This document shows, in pieces, positions 1 through 13,689 of a stretch of DNA of 64,000 nucleotides. Source of the DNA: Bigelowiella natans CCMP2755 (taxonomy: Eukaryota; Protista; Cercozoa). Both the position numbers and the translations under genes were made by a program. The notes under the pieces were generated by a model, which was given only the letters and a program-made list of their open reading frames with translations, had not been told where the DNA came from and made no database searches. The stretch spans positions 29,284-93,283 of the forward strand of contig ADNK01002555.1 of NCBI GenBank assembly GCA_000320545.1, written 5' to 3'. How positions within the stretch are numbered: position 1 is the stretch's first letter; each line of letters starts with the position of its first letter.

Positions 1-23
1 ATAAGCAACAACAAAGCACGTAC

Positions 24-596
24 CAGCTGCTTTCGATTCTATATCTCTGGACGATGGTAATGACAGTGAAAACAAAGTCATTTCCGGGGCTATAATAGGA
101 GAAGAAGGAGGAGCACTGGTAGCAGTGCTGTTCTTGTTCTTCTTGCTACTTAACGCCATCTCCCCAACCAATGAATTAGGAGAAAGAGAAGAAGAGGAAG
201 ACGATAGGGAAACAACCTAATATGTGTGTGTATATGCTACTGTGTGTGTGTATGTATGTGTGTGTGTGTTTTCATGCCCATTGCACGCATCATATACGAG
301 GAGGAAGATTGTGATTCATCATGCCAGGTGCTACCACCTAGTAGTAGTAGTAGTAGTAGTAGCAGTAGTAGTAGTACCGGGTTGAGCATGATAACAAAAT
401 CTATTTTCCTAATTGTGCAAAGTCCTATGTAGGTTGGAAGTAGGGAGGGCGAGAAGTTGTCCTGCTCTAAATGTGCTACATAAGCTGGAAGAATAGACAG
501 CATCCTCTTCCTAATGACAACAACGATAGAGACGATATAGGATGGGGTTGATTATTATCAGGAAAAACCAACGATGTCTGTTGTCAGAATCTCTGA

Positions 597-635
<39 letters not shown>

Positions 636-3600
636 CGGCATAATAATAAGAATCAAAGATGTCTATCATCAGAACCTCTTCTCGTCATCATCAATAGATA
701 GTATATACGTCATCAATAGATAATATAAACAACATAATAATATATAATCTATCTATCCATTTTAAATTCCACCCACCCCCCACACATGCCGTACAATATT
801 GACCTGTTAGCCTTTGGTAGTGTTTGAAACACAATCGATAGATTCTCAGGTAAAAGTAGAAATGTCGTGCTCTCTGCTGCTGATCCACTCCCAACCTTGC
901 TCTGTGATGAATGATGATCATGATGATGATGATGATTATGATAATGATGATCATCATCATGAAAGGAAAATTACATGAAATAGTAGTAGTAGTAGTAGTA
1001 GTAGATATATGCAAGCTTTGCATCAATACCATCAAGGGATTGTATGATGTCATAAAACGACTAAATCAATGAAAACACCAGCTGGCAACATCACCTTGAG
1101 AATATTGATATATGATTCTTCTGAGATCCCTCTCAAATAGCGGATGTAACGAAAAACATCGGGACAATACCTGCCAAATAAACACATTATTATCCCTCAA
1201 TCAATCTCACAACGTGAGATATCTGTTAATAATAGGTTTTGCTAATATGTTTGTGTATGGGCATTATTACATGCATATAAGAACTAGTATCACTAGTATC
1301 ATTGTAATTGTACACTTGGTAAATATAATTCATAACTAAATCAGCAGCAACAAGTAACACGTACTACTTACTCTATGAGCTGTAGCGATTTTGCACCAAA
1401 CAGCACTCCCCCTAGCAAAATGCCTCCTCCTCCTCCTCCTCCTCCACCTCCTCCTCCTCCTTTTGAATGATCGCTACGAGTGTTAGTTCCTCCTGCCGTC
1501 GTCTCTTTCGAGTGAAATCTTAAAGCTGTTTTCTTCACATGTCTAGAATAAGGGGGAGAACAAAATCAGTTGTCGTTGTTGAAGTTGTTGTTGATGTTGT
1601 TGTGGTAGATTTCAGAGAAAAGAGGAGTGTGTTGCCACTACATAGATAATAGTAGTAGCTGTCATTCTTTCATCATAATCTTATCCCATGTGATTTAAAA
1701 AAGGATTGATAGTATATGTCCTTTATACTACATAGTAGGGGTGTTGTTTGCATCATATTTGTACTATGTATTACTGCTTCCCTCCTCGTCGTGTTTTTCC
1801 TCTTTCCCTCCCTCCCTCCCTCCCCGTAATCTTCTATCACAATTATTTCCCTCTCTCTATGTTGCTGACTGACTTATAACTCGATGGTGACAAAACCAAC
1901 AACGGCTGGTCTCCTGTATTTTCATTGTCTACTACTATATTTAATAGCAAACAAGGTAGGTATTGTTTAGTTCTTTGGTAATAATGATATGAATCGTGAC
2001 GATTAACACCTATCACTGTTATTACATATCACCAAACAGGTTCGGTATGTTAAGAATAATTCATTCAGCAGCCATTGTATATCTGTATCTACTATGCACC
2101 ATTGCTGCTGTTAGATGGTGGCTTTGCTATTTTTGACATGGGACTACTTGCCCCCCCCCTATTTCCTGCTGTCGTCATCCTCTTTGATTTAACTATTGTT
2201 TTATCAGCAGAAACGTTTCCAGCCTCAATATCTTTACGCTTATTCTGAACATATATCAGATGCAGAGTATAAGCTGATTAGCAGCGGCAAATCAATCAAT
2301 ATTAGCACAGAGTATATCTCATCATCATGAACATGTGAAACTACTATTATATAAAATTTAAACAAAAGCTATAAGAATATACAATATCAGAGCTCAATAT
2401 TGCTACTGTGCACCGCAAAGATAATAACTCTAATGAGAAATCATTCCTACCTGGTTGTTGTCATCCTTTAGCTGCTTATGATTGGCAAGATCCTTCTTCT
2501 TCTTACTCTGCTTAATATTCTTTTCTATTTCCACTTCTGATTGCCTTTGCATCTTGTCGCGGTTGGAGATTGCATTTTTTTCTTCTAGAGGCACGACTCC
2601 CGCTGAATAGAATAAGTACATAATTTATATAAACGAGACGATGTTTGTATGAAGTTGTAGATGCTTCGTGTTATGTATGCTAGTACACCTGTATTCTCAC
2701 AATCATCGGTTAGGAATATATTAACATAAACTCGGCTATGTGTTTCAGATACAATTTCAAATACATTGATGTTTAACAATGAGTTGGTTTGCCTTCAAAC
2801 AGTTGCAAAAAAAGTTAATGGCAGCTTTCTTTTGTGTTTAATATTAGTACTTATTGCTGGGGCTGATCTTCCTTCCTTTGATACTCTAGGGTACACCTGA
2901 AGAAGAACATAGTGATATAATACGATACTACTGATGGTGATGGTGGCGATGATGATGATGCGGATATACAACATGCATGTGTGTTTACGCGCTGCTGCTG
3001 CTGCTGTCTGTCAATCTACACAAACCTTTCTTTTAGCTTTGCTACTACCGACGAGGCTCTTAAGCAGTGCTATTATTCGATTAATCGAAATCAATCATTA
3101 ATGAGAAGTAGTAAAAAAAATCATGAAGACAGGTACACGATGATCTATGTTATTGGAATGAGAATTGAAGCGTCCTTGACAGAGTAAACAAAGGGAAATG
3201 GTCATAAGGATGGAACTATTTCGGTATCATATAGCAGCATTATCTGAACCCAGAACAATATTTGTATACCCTAGTATTAGCTTCGGAGAATGCAACAATT
3301 ATCAAAGGGAGGGGGTATTCGAATGCCGCTTTTCAACGAACATAATACCACTTCTAATGAAGTCCCATAAATCTTCCAACGTGTGTGTCGATCCCCCGCT
3401 AAGGTTGTTGCCCTTTAGCGTCCCTCCCTTCAGCAGAAGATTCTTTTCATACAAATGCAGCATATTGTTTCATCAGAGAAGTGAATATCTTGATAGCAAT
3501 GAAAGGAGCAGGACGACGGGGGGGGATACCATCTTCTGAGGGCCTCGATTTTCCTATGTAGTATTTGTTTTTGCAATTGTTGCAGTGATTATCATCGTTT

Positions 3601-4020
3601 AAGGTACATATTTTTAGATGTTTTGTGGTTATTATTGCCTACATTTTTTCCAATCATAATTAGGATAACAATATCCATAACGACGGAATCTAGAAAATTA
3701 CATATAAATAGATGTATACTGCACAAATATACTTCTTAAATAGCAACTAGTAAGTATGTGAACTCATACAACAGCAACAACAATAGCTACCTTCACAACA
3801 TAAATTCCTTTCAATTTGTAAAAGCGACAACAAAATATTTTTACATTATAATACTTCGGCCACTAATCTAAAGTTTTCAAACCTTTTGAATCGCTCCCCC
3901 ACCCACCTCAATCGGGGGTGTGGACCTCTCTACTTCTTCCACCATAGCCAAAGTACGAACGGGCACCTGTTCTTTGCTGACGAAATGTATCTTCGTTTGG
4001 TGTTTTCTTTTTTGGTGAGT
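24..4020 (-). CDS. Multi-exon gene of unknown function (continues past the left edge); ends approximate
   Basis: AG/GT-bounded open exons on the minus strand, e.g. ~24-206 (VVSLSSSS...RDIESKAA), ~2451-2604 (GVVPLEEKNAISNRDKMQ...KDDNNQ), ~3350-3553 (KIEALRRWY...DLWDFIRS), ~3883-4020 (..KEQVPVRTLAMVEEVERSTPPIEVGGGAIQK), separated by microsatellite-rich introns. No family motif recognised. Confidence 0.45.
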
Positions 4021-4078
4021 ATTGAAACATATATCAATAGATAGATATATGTATATTTTACATGCACGCATACACATT

Positions 4079-4117
<39 letters not shown>

Positions 4118-4619
4118 TGTATCCATATTGTCCTAACTAGCTCGTTTATTCTACAACCTGCATTTCCGCTAACAGGTCACATATTGGTTGTTTTTTGCTT
4201 TTTAGATATTTTTCGGCAATCTTGCAGTATATTATGTTCAAGCGGGGTCATTTTCCCATCCTGCATTCGTGAATAGAGAACAACAAACAGGTAAAACTTT
4301 ATTTACAACAAGTGTAAGAATAGTGGCTGATTATTTTTCAAAGATTTTCCGTGTATTCTTTCTACGAATCGTAGAGTATCATAAAAATTTATCTATAGAC
4401 AAATTTACATGTGATTCTATACAGTCATATGCACAAAATATACGTCTGTTGAAACTGCTACTACTTCATATTCTATACAGAAATTTTAATAATCTCTGAT
4501 TAGATAACACATTCAACAACATATACTACAACGTGTTGTTATATTTTCAAAAACATCATGAAATATTAGGCATCATCGCAGCTCCATCGCCCAACGAGAA
4601 GAACAAGATAAAGCAGATC

Positions 4620-4858
4620 ATGATTTCAGGGCAGCAGCAGCAGCTTCCTGGACCATATTACTCACAGCAGGAAGATGTATTGTCAGAGAAGAAGAACAAA
4701 GAATTCTCTCAGGGATACAGCAGTAGACATATTCCTCTCAAACAGGTACTGTGGTGTATTATGTTTGATCTCTAATTAAATTGAGAACTTGAAACAGAAA
4801 CTCCAGAATGCCGTGTATTCTGTAGATTACAGTTCATAAAATATTGTTAATTCTCTCT

Positions 4859-4898
<40 letters not shown>

Positions 4899-5600
4899 CG
4901 TGTGTGTCTGTTGGTGTGTGTGTGTGTGTGTATGTATGATTAGAATCACAGCCACCATTCAAAGGAGAAATCGGTTACTACTACTACAGGTGCGTGTGTT
5001 TCTATGTATCACTACTAATATTTTATACTATTTATAATTACAACATCACTAGTATTAGATCATACTGGTTCTTATATCGTGCAAATATTTAGAACTCTGG
5101 CTTCGCTGTTATTATTATTGTGAATAGGAGGAAACGCTGCTACTTTATCAAATATTTCTTTTCCACTAAGAATTGACGAGGTAATATCCATGCGGAAATA
5201 TATAGGACCAATACTAGTAATATTACGAGTGTGAATAAATTATAAATTGTAAATTATTGCGTATTTGAATGCCAATTTGCTATTTTATAGAAATTATTCC
5301 ATCATGGCGTAATACTTGTGGTAATAAAAAACAGTTGCAGCAGTAGTATTTAACTATTCTTCTTCACTTGTTGTTTTAGCTTCGAGTTCCCACCTTTCTC
5401 TTTATTCTCATCATTTTAGGTAGCATTTACCTGCAAGATAATAGCATATGTTGTAATACTGTTTATTCAATTGATCGCCTGTGATTTTCCATGTCTTCTG
5501 TTGTATTATTCTTGAATGTCGCTCATTATTAACGGACCACATATAAAATTATGCGTGCAACAAACACAGGAAGCCTCATATTTGGCATGACCTGCGCACA
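4620..5600 (+). CDS. Small multi-exon putative membrane protein, unknown function
   Basis: ATG 4620 MISGQQQQLPGPYY...IPLKQ|GT, then short AG/GT-bounded exons (GNAATLSNISFPLRIDE; LRVPTFLFILIILG; GSLIFGMTCA) with a hydrophobic hairpin. 3' end not resolved. Confidence 0.35.
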
Positions 5601-6299
5601 GTAAGAGGCTAATTAATAGAATTGCTAGATTACAAATGCAAGAATTACATGTCAGTACCGATAATACATAGCTGGTTCATAAGATATGCAAAAAAAAACA
5701 AAATAATTTGAAGTAAGAAGCTGGTATCGAAGATATATTCGAAACAAAACAAATTCTACCGTAAATACCTATGCATGTTGCGAATGTATTGTGTATGTGA
5801 AAAGAATAATATACACTCCTTCTATGGTAGTAGATGCGGACTTAAATTGATCCAGCCTCTGTGCAGAAAGTTATATGGCCCGAGCAGTTTAAAGGCACAG
5901 CAGGGCTCTAAATGACTTCAGAATTCCAAAGAATATGAAGATATAATACTGTGATGGGAACATTCGTCGTCCAGTAAATGCTTTGTCTAGTTAATTTTAT
6001 GAATTCTTTCATGAAGCTCTGACTAAATATTTTTCATTGATCTCGGAGTGAAAGAGTGCAAAAAGGATTTCATGAGGCAAGGGTACAGCATCACAACAAC
6101 ACAGGCATTACAGCACTTCTTAGATACTAGCTCATATACCCGTGTAAACATATTACATGCATGAAATCATTTAGTTGCAAGCCTCTTACTACGGCTATTT
6201 CCATCATCGAGTCATAACAAAACTCAGATGGAACTGCACATAAATACGGGTATTTTTGCCTTTTTGGTGAATTCGTGTATGTTCTCCATTCGTGCGCAA

Positions 6300-8040
6300 T
6301 GGATGCATGCATGTGAGTGGTGGATTGAATTGAGAAGTGCGAATAGGCAAACATGAACGCTGTGTCAGCTGCTAACGCTAATGAGAACGGGCGCAAAACC
6401 AAAATCTACGGCGCGATTACAAGCATAGCGTTTTAGCTGCACAGGATTAGTAGGCGCGGCCATTCGAAACTCTTCACACAAAACCTAAGAATGGCAGCTG
6501 TGATCAATCAAGCAGTGCGTGCAGCATGACGGCATGCTACTAGTACACCATCACGTGCGAGATGAATGTTTTACAATTGTTTTTGCAAGGTTCCCAATGT
6601 GCAAATCATTGAAAGATCAACAGCTAGCTGCTTGCAAAAGATTCTCTGAGCACCCACAAAAATGTGCAAGAAATGAAGCTGCACAATGGTGACAAATGGC
6701 ACATGCACAATGCAAACAATTTGTTGACTTTGCATGCTGCACTTTGCAGTCGCATGAATGGACACCTGTTTCAATGTGTGGATTTGAACAGAGCATGTGT
6801 TCTCATCAGGTACATGTGGTGTGCATGGGTACATGTGTTCCTTGCGCGTACACGCACGTGGACATGTGTGTCCCCACAATGATTGATGATTTGACAATTT
6901 GCAGCTAGCGATGTGCAAATGATTGAATCGATCTACACACATGCACCCTCTCGCACAGCGACGTTCGGCATTCGCATCAATCTAGCAATGATTGATCAGT
7001 CATTCGCTTGAACATCATGGTGCTTTTAGCTTCACAACAATGCAGCGCGCACAGCTGCCAAAGAGACGTTTGTTCCACCTCTGGCAAATTGATCTGCCAT
7101 GTCGCAACGCAAACCTTTTAGCGTTGCTGAGTCATTTTGTCATGTCCACTGCATGAGCTGCAGCGTCGCATGTGACAACTCAACGTGATGCATCTGAATT
7201 CATGTTTGTTCAGTGACTACCTCACGTGCTTCAAAGCCAGAATGGCACCAGGTCAGCAGGGCACGCTAGTGGACTGGGGTTCCATTGAGCAGACTGCTGT
7301 GACTTGAAGCACATGTGAGACTGGCTAGCTGGGCACATCTAGACATGCTAGCATGGCCAAAAAATCCGGCTGCGACTCAAGAGCCAAATTCTTAGCCAAG
7401 GCATTGAACGAGGTGAAGGTGATGTCGTCATGACATCATTGAATTGACGCTGTAAAATCGCGGCGCTGCGTTTGCTGGATTGAGCATTGTGAACTTGCAC
7501 AAGCATTCTTGCTCTCACAAAGACGACTTTCCAAATTCCAGACAATGCTTTGCATGCTTGCAGACAAACAAACTTGGCATCAACAATGTCATGTGCATGC
7601 AGACTTTGACTCGATTCCACGTGATTGTGCAATTGTGCAGCTAGATGACTTCTTCCGGACGGAAAGCCGTTGTGGCACGCACGTTTCAAACACAATGTAG
7701 TTCATCAAGTGCCAATGACGGCAGGTCTTTGCATTACGCCAAAATCAGTGACCTCGATGACAAAAATGCATTTGCATTGAGCAGACACAGAGTGCAAACT
7801 GCAAACATTGCCTGCACTAGTGCATGCTTCGGCGGCTAATCCTGCACTCAACAACAAAGTCATCAAGCGATTGGATGAGACGATGACGTGCATGATGCAC
7901 TCAGACTTGTGAATTGCAAATTATTTCAGCTGCATGATCAACATCATCAGATCCAACACGAATGCAGATCATTGTGTACAATGTTAGAATTTTCCGTCAT
8001 GCATGCATTTCTCACTATGCAAATTGAACATGAGTTTCAG
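6300..8040. other. TpA-depleted, TpG/CpA-rich intergenic island A (decayed repeat/TE-like DNA)
   Basis: TA is rare and mostly in CTA/TAG; TGCA/CATG/CACA dense; ORF-track peptides here are Cys/His-rich and nearly Tyr-free. Confidence 0.8.
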
Positions 8041-8069
8041 TCCTTGTAGAATTATATCATCTAACACGA

Positions 8070-9150
8070 TTAAGTAAACTTGCTATACTGGGGGTCATAT
8101 AATTTCCCAGGAAGTTGTAATCATCTTTCAAAAAATCAATCATTTTCTTCAAATCTTCCTTCGCTACCTATAGTATTAATGCCAAACATTAAAGCAGTTG
8201 CAATGATATATTGTCAACCACTTGGGCCCCTTCACTTTACATTCAATTTTACATCATAGCGAAGAAGTCTACACTTGAATTGTCATAGAATTAATGTTTT
8301 ATATAGTGGGATGTGACTTACATGTTTACTTAGGAAGTCCTGTGCATCGGTAGGGTGTGAAATCATGGCTTGACGAGGATCCAGAATGCTCCCCCTGCAG
8401 CATTGCTTCGCATGAAACTCCCTTTAATTTTGAAAAAACATTTTTCTCCCCGAATACATTTCAAATCCATGAGATGCTGCAGCTCCAAGATCTAAATAGC
8501 GGATGAAAGGTGCGTACCACTTCCCTATCTCCTCTACCTGCAATGGAGACATCAACAATCCAAACAATCAATATAAAGACTAAAGACATGGAAAGTAAAC
8601 TTTAAGCAACACAGTAAAGCTCGAATCTCGCCGACGTAGCACAAATAGTCATATCTTTTTCAGAACTTTACCAGAAATGGAAAATTATACTGTATATAAT
8701 ATTATTTTCTTCACACTAACATGACTCCTTGGGATTGAGCTCATTAGGTACTCTGAATCAGCTTTTTAATTACTTAGGGTATTTTGATACAATTCTCTAC
8801 TAACCTTTAACTGGTAGTCGAACGTCATCGATCGCTCACCTCTTTTCGACTTTGCTTCTCGAAAGCAGTGTTGCCTTTGTGGCAAAAAGTGACAGGGCAT
8901 GTGCCGGAAAACCTGCCCTTCCGTTAAATTAAAATCCCCTCCGTCACATTGCTCGATGTAATATCCCTTTTCGTACTTTGCTATTAGCTGAGTGAGAAAG
9001 CTTCCTATACTCACGGGGGGATGTTTTTCTTCTTCCCAACGTAATCCTAGTTGTAAGCGTATTTCAACGAAGGAGGACAAATCAACATCTACGAACAGAA
9101 ACACACACAAATATATCCCCCCCCCTTTCCCCCCCCCCCCCCCCCCCTTC

Positions 9151-9186
<36 letters not shown>

Positions 9187-11009
9187 AGTCTTATATTCTT
9201 AAACTCTGTTGATTGTACCACACACCGGCAAATTTCCTCATCATATGAGAGCAGGACTTAGTGTTTATTGATTCGGATGAAGCTCCTGTGGATATATGAA
9301 GATATTTTCTTGCAATGGGATCGCAAGCACGTCCGATTTTGTCCAAGTATGCGGATACGAATCGCTCGATAGGATCCCTAGTGAATACTACACGAGGAAC
9401 ATTTGGGTTGTTCAAAGCCTAATTTGCATGACATTAGTGGGTATGTTTATTACTCATAGGTGAGAGAGAGAGCGAGAGCGAGAGAGTGTATCTATATATG
9501 TGTGAGTACACAATGTGGCAAATGTATGAATGTGTGTATCTAAAACTAGGGTGTAACTAGTACACATGGCTATCGCACCTTTTTCCATAATATAAGCTCT
9601 ACCACAAACACTTTTCATTTATCATTTTATTTGTATAAAAATGACTCCCAATCCTTCACGCTCACACATAAAAGTAGCATATGTGTGTGTCGAAAGAGGC
9701 TATGCTCGAGCACACATAGAGATGGAATGGAGCACTGTAATGGTCATTTTATGTAAAAGTAAATAACATCGAAATTTGTCCTTGTGCCTTACTTCAAGAG
9801 CACTTCCCTTAAAAGGGGAAGGATTATCGTGCCTAAAGTAATTTGTTGATAAAAAGAGTAGTAGCTAAGAGGTATTAGCGGCAAGATTCTAGATGTCTAG
9901 ATGGTACCGGTGTTTATAAGTAAATGTTCAGACTAATTTGATCATGTTTGGAAGACGTACGTGATTGCGTCATACGATTCTAATTCACTTTTTAAATCTT
10001 TTATTAACGATGAAAAATAGAAGTTCAAAATCTCGCAGTACCAGTAATGATGAGATTGAGCCGATGGCTCTAACCCTGCAGCGTAATTACTAAAAAGCGT
10101 TTTCCAAGCAGTGCTACCCGTCTTTTCCTGATCGAGATTGACAATGACATCTCTGTGAACGTGTATTAACGCACATTGGTACAGCACATGACACATACAT
10201 TATTTAGTATTTAGACGTAGATTTTGTTTCACTTCATATGACGCATACATTATTTAGTACTTAGACGTAGATTTTGTTTCAATTCCTGCATCTTTATCTG
10301 TTAAGGATTTCGTTACATTTACCGAAATACACATAAACATCTTGGCTCCATGCTTCGATTCCCACAAAAACACATTTCCATCTTGTATGTACGGAAAGTT
10401 AAAGTGTTGAACGTCCTACACAGTGATTAAAAATTGAGATTGGGAATTGTAACATATCTTGAAGCACACATTTGTACTCTCATAATCACATGTCTTGATA
10501 CTGATAATTGTACTCTTACAATAACATGTGATGCACATACCGACATGCTAAATTTTAAAAGCACGTATCAAAAGTTTTTGTACATGATGCACAATTTTGT
10601 AACCTTCGATGAGAAGGGTCGTTCTTCAGTAGGATGACGATCATAGCGTTGTACGTTTGGATTGAAATTACTGACATCTTTAACAAATACACCCCCGTTA
10701 GGAATTATCGTGCTTTGCCCAATCTTGTTCCGTGACGCTTCAACTGATGAAAGGGGTTGTAGAAAGAAGAATATTAATCAGCCTTTTGATTATCTACACT
10801 TTATTTCCAAATTAAATGAAGACCATCCGTGCCCACCTTTGATGATGTTTTCTAGGAACAAAAGAGCAAAAGAGGTTATACGAGCTGTTCGCTTTCTTGT
10901 GATACTCATGACTGAAGTCTCCATTGTAGCAAAGGGAGAGGAGTTTGGGATCTGTGTTCTCTAAAAAAAGATGAATTTCGTCACACTGCTCAGAACTGAT
11001 AATGACCAA
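8070..11009 (-). CDS. Carbohydrate sulfotransferase (Sulfotransfer_2 / CHST-HNK1-like), multi-exon; ends approximate
   Basis: 5'-PSB motif EKTGSTAWKTLF (~10095-10128), 3'-PB motif VVFTRDPIERFVSAYLDKI (~9335-9392) and HFLPQRQHC (~8865-8892), in family order on separate exons. Confidence 0.78.
10194..10281. repeat. 38-bp direct duplication (50-bp period) over a splice donor of the sulfotransferase
   Basis: CATACATTATTTAGTA(T/C)TTAGACGTAGATTTTGTTTCA at 10194-10231 and 10244-10281. Confidence 0.9.
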
Positions 11010-11164
11010 ATGTATTGATCAACAGTGTGTGTCCGCAGTTATCCATTCTCTTTCTTGATGTGCTACAAAATAAATAATACAACACCAAAATCCAACGCAT
11101 TTCTATACTGCGACAATCCATTTACGTCAGGAAGATATTTCAACTGTGAGTTTTGCACTTCACA

Positions 11165-12294
11165 ATGCCAATCCCCCCATTCTATGGAAGCATTGGCAAG
11201 GACGTAAAAGGTCATAGCAACACGTTAGTTGCATTGGTGACTGATCGTAAGCATGTCGCATCTTGTGTAGGACTTTGTTCGAGAAGAATCAATGACGAAA
11301 AAGGTCACAGTAGATTGCAACAAGCTGTTTTCACTACACACGCGTATTTAGAGCTAAATGGTTTTCATGGGATTTTTCTCATTCCATTCAGATCCAGCAA
11401 AACTTTTTGGTGCGAAAGTTTTGAAGTTTTCAACCTCTAACGGAAAGGGTGCCAGCATCCAATCGTACACAGAATTGAGAGATAAAAGTGTAGTGTCGTA
11501 CCTCAAGACTAAATGTACATCAAAGAAAATTGATTCTACTTTTTCACTCACGGTAAATACAAAGTCTGAGGTTGAAATAGCTGCTTCTTCGAAAAAACTT
11601 TACGATGGGTTGAAGGCGACTCTGACTGGAAAACTGAATACCAGATGTAGTATTTTAGACTTTCAATACAAAAGTAAAATTTATGAAGATTACGGTTTTT
11701 CGGGCCAATCCAAATTTAAATATGAGCCGCATAAGAACACAATAAAAACTCAAATTAGTGGATGTATTGGGGACAAGCGTGGAATTAGCATTGGGGCGAT
11801 GATTCCACTGGCCATGAATACCAATACCATGACACTTGCAGAGGACACATTGCAGCTTGACAATCTGTCTCTTGGTGTTGAACTGAAGCTCAAAGATGCT
11901 ACCTATCATCTGCTGACGTAAATAAATTTTCCTTTCGAAATGTGTGAATCAATCTCAATCTGCGCTAAATTACAAATGCAACCGAAAGCCTAAATCGGAG
12001 ATGGAGATCGGGCTTGTGAAAATGTCTTCTAACTTTGCAGTGGGAGGCAAAGTTCGCATTCCAGCTACCGAATGTGAGAAAATAAAGAGCATTCAACTCG
12101 CACTTAAACAAAAGCTAAATGATGCTACAACCATTCATGGAACCGTTGACAGCACTGGATGTATCAAAGGAACCATTTCCAAGTCCTTTGATGCTCAAAA
12201 TGCGACTGCATCTCTGACGTTCGGTGTCAATGTGACTCAAGGCTTGAAGCTAATGCAGCCAGTCGGAATGATGATTGATTTAGGTGATGTGTAG
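11165..12294 (+). CDS. VDAC: Mitochondrial porin / VDAC-family beta-barrel protein (divergent)
   Basis: Exon 1 11165-11210 MPIPPFYGSIGKDVK(D) matches the VDAC N-terminal helix (PPxYxDIGK). Intron 11211-11391 splices in phase into ORF 11358-11921 with alternating beta-strand pattern. ORF 11944-12294 has the VDAC C-terminal pattern (..KQKLNDATTIHGTVDSTG..VGMMIDL). Total about 290 aa; second junction unresolved. Confidence 0.72.
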
Positions 12295-13640
12295 TTTGAG
12301 CTTTGCACTGCACAAAAGGTCCCACTAGGATCTGCTTCCAATGCCATGGATCTGTTGATGGCCAAATCCAATTTAGCAGTGCATGTGCTGTCAAACATGA
12401 CACAAGCAAGCGTGCGGGCAACCTGGTTGGTCAAATTTCGTGTGAGTTAGTCTAGTAGTCTCTGCATGATGGACACAGCTAGACAGTGATGCAATGTGCG
12501 CTGCATGCACATGTTGTGTTGCATTGTCCACGATGGACACAGCAATGTGATGTGCACCACACTGCACGTTGATGGCATTGCAGCATTGACGTGATCGACA
12601 CACGCTTTGGACCAGGTTATCCGTCCGTTTGAAGCCATGCAAGTGACAAGAGGTGTCGTTGAGTCGCGGTTGCAGTGAAATGTTTGACCTCATTAGAAGA
12701 AAAACTGCAATTGCAGTGGAGCACGAAACTGCCAAGATTTTGAATGCTGGCAGTTTTGTGGGAGTGCGCTGTCTCCCATTTGTTGTTGAAAACAATCCAG
12801 CAGAGCTTTGCTGAATCAATTTTTTGGTCACTTTGTCGTTCAGCTTGGCAACATGTTTGGATGGATCAACTCGAGTCCAAAATGTGTCTCGTTGCTCACA
12901 CACTTGTTGCATGGTGGCTAGGTGGGCCTCAAAACGAAAACGGTTGAATTGTGCAACGACTTGATGTTCTCTTTGTCACTGAACTGGTGAACAAAATGGG
13001 AGGATGAGTTGAAAGTTGTGAAGTGGGAACCTGTGCCCATCCAACAATCCAGCTGTGCAAGTGCAACAAACAGTGCCCCCCAATCAGAGATGGAAATCGG
13101 CATCGCAAGCGTGTCGCATGTGCAGATGTTGACTCTTGGGAGTCCGTAGTTTGGATGAACTAGTGGTTCTCCAGGTTGAACTCTAATTGAATGCCTTTTT
13201 TAGGCCAATTTGCCTAATTTGCCAGCTGTTGTGGGGCCTACGCACATTTCCGAAACATTACTTAGAATCAAAAGGTAGCGTGTTGTTCAAAGATGTGCCT
13301 GACAACTCAGGCCACATCACAATGCAAGATTTTTAATTTGATGTCGTAGAGGTGAAATGGCAAGCTATTGATGTCTATTGTTGCATTCATGTGATGATTC
13401 AATTTGTGCTTAAGTGTATTGCGCACACTTCAAACGTACAAGAACGTGGTGAGGAGCGCGCAAAAACACTTTCTCAACTCAAAAATGTCGTGGATTCTGT
13501 CATGGAATGAGCAAGGTTTGCATGCGAACTGTAGCACGGGGTTGACTTTCTGCAGAATCAGATTCCACAAAATGGATAGCGTTAGCAGATGCAAACATAT
13601 TTTTTGCCTGTTTTTATTGGTTCTACAAAAGTGAAAAATG
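12295..13640. other. TpA-depleted intergenic island B (strongest 12295-13200)
   Basis: Surviving TA almost all in TAG/CTA; the 173-aa ORF 12391-12912 contains no Tyr. Confidence 0.8.
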
Positions 13641-13689
13641 AAGAGTGGGTTTCTTCAATTTTGATAGATGGGTTGTGCAAATCACAAAC

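Noticed and set aside
226-1053. Poly-S/L/I/T and (VC)n, (YI)n, (RE)n, (HT)n ORFs here and throughout the window
   Set aside because: Translations of intronic microsatellites.
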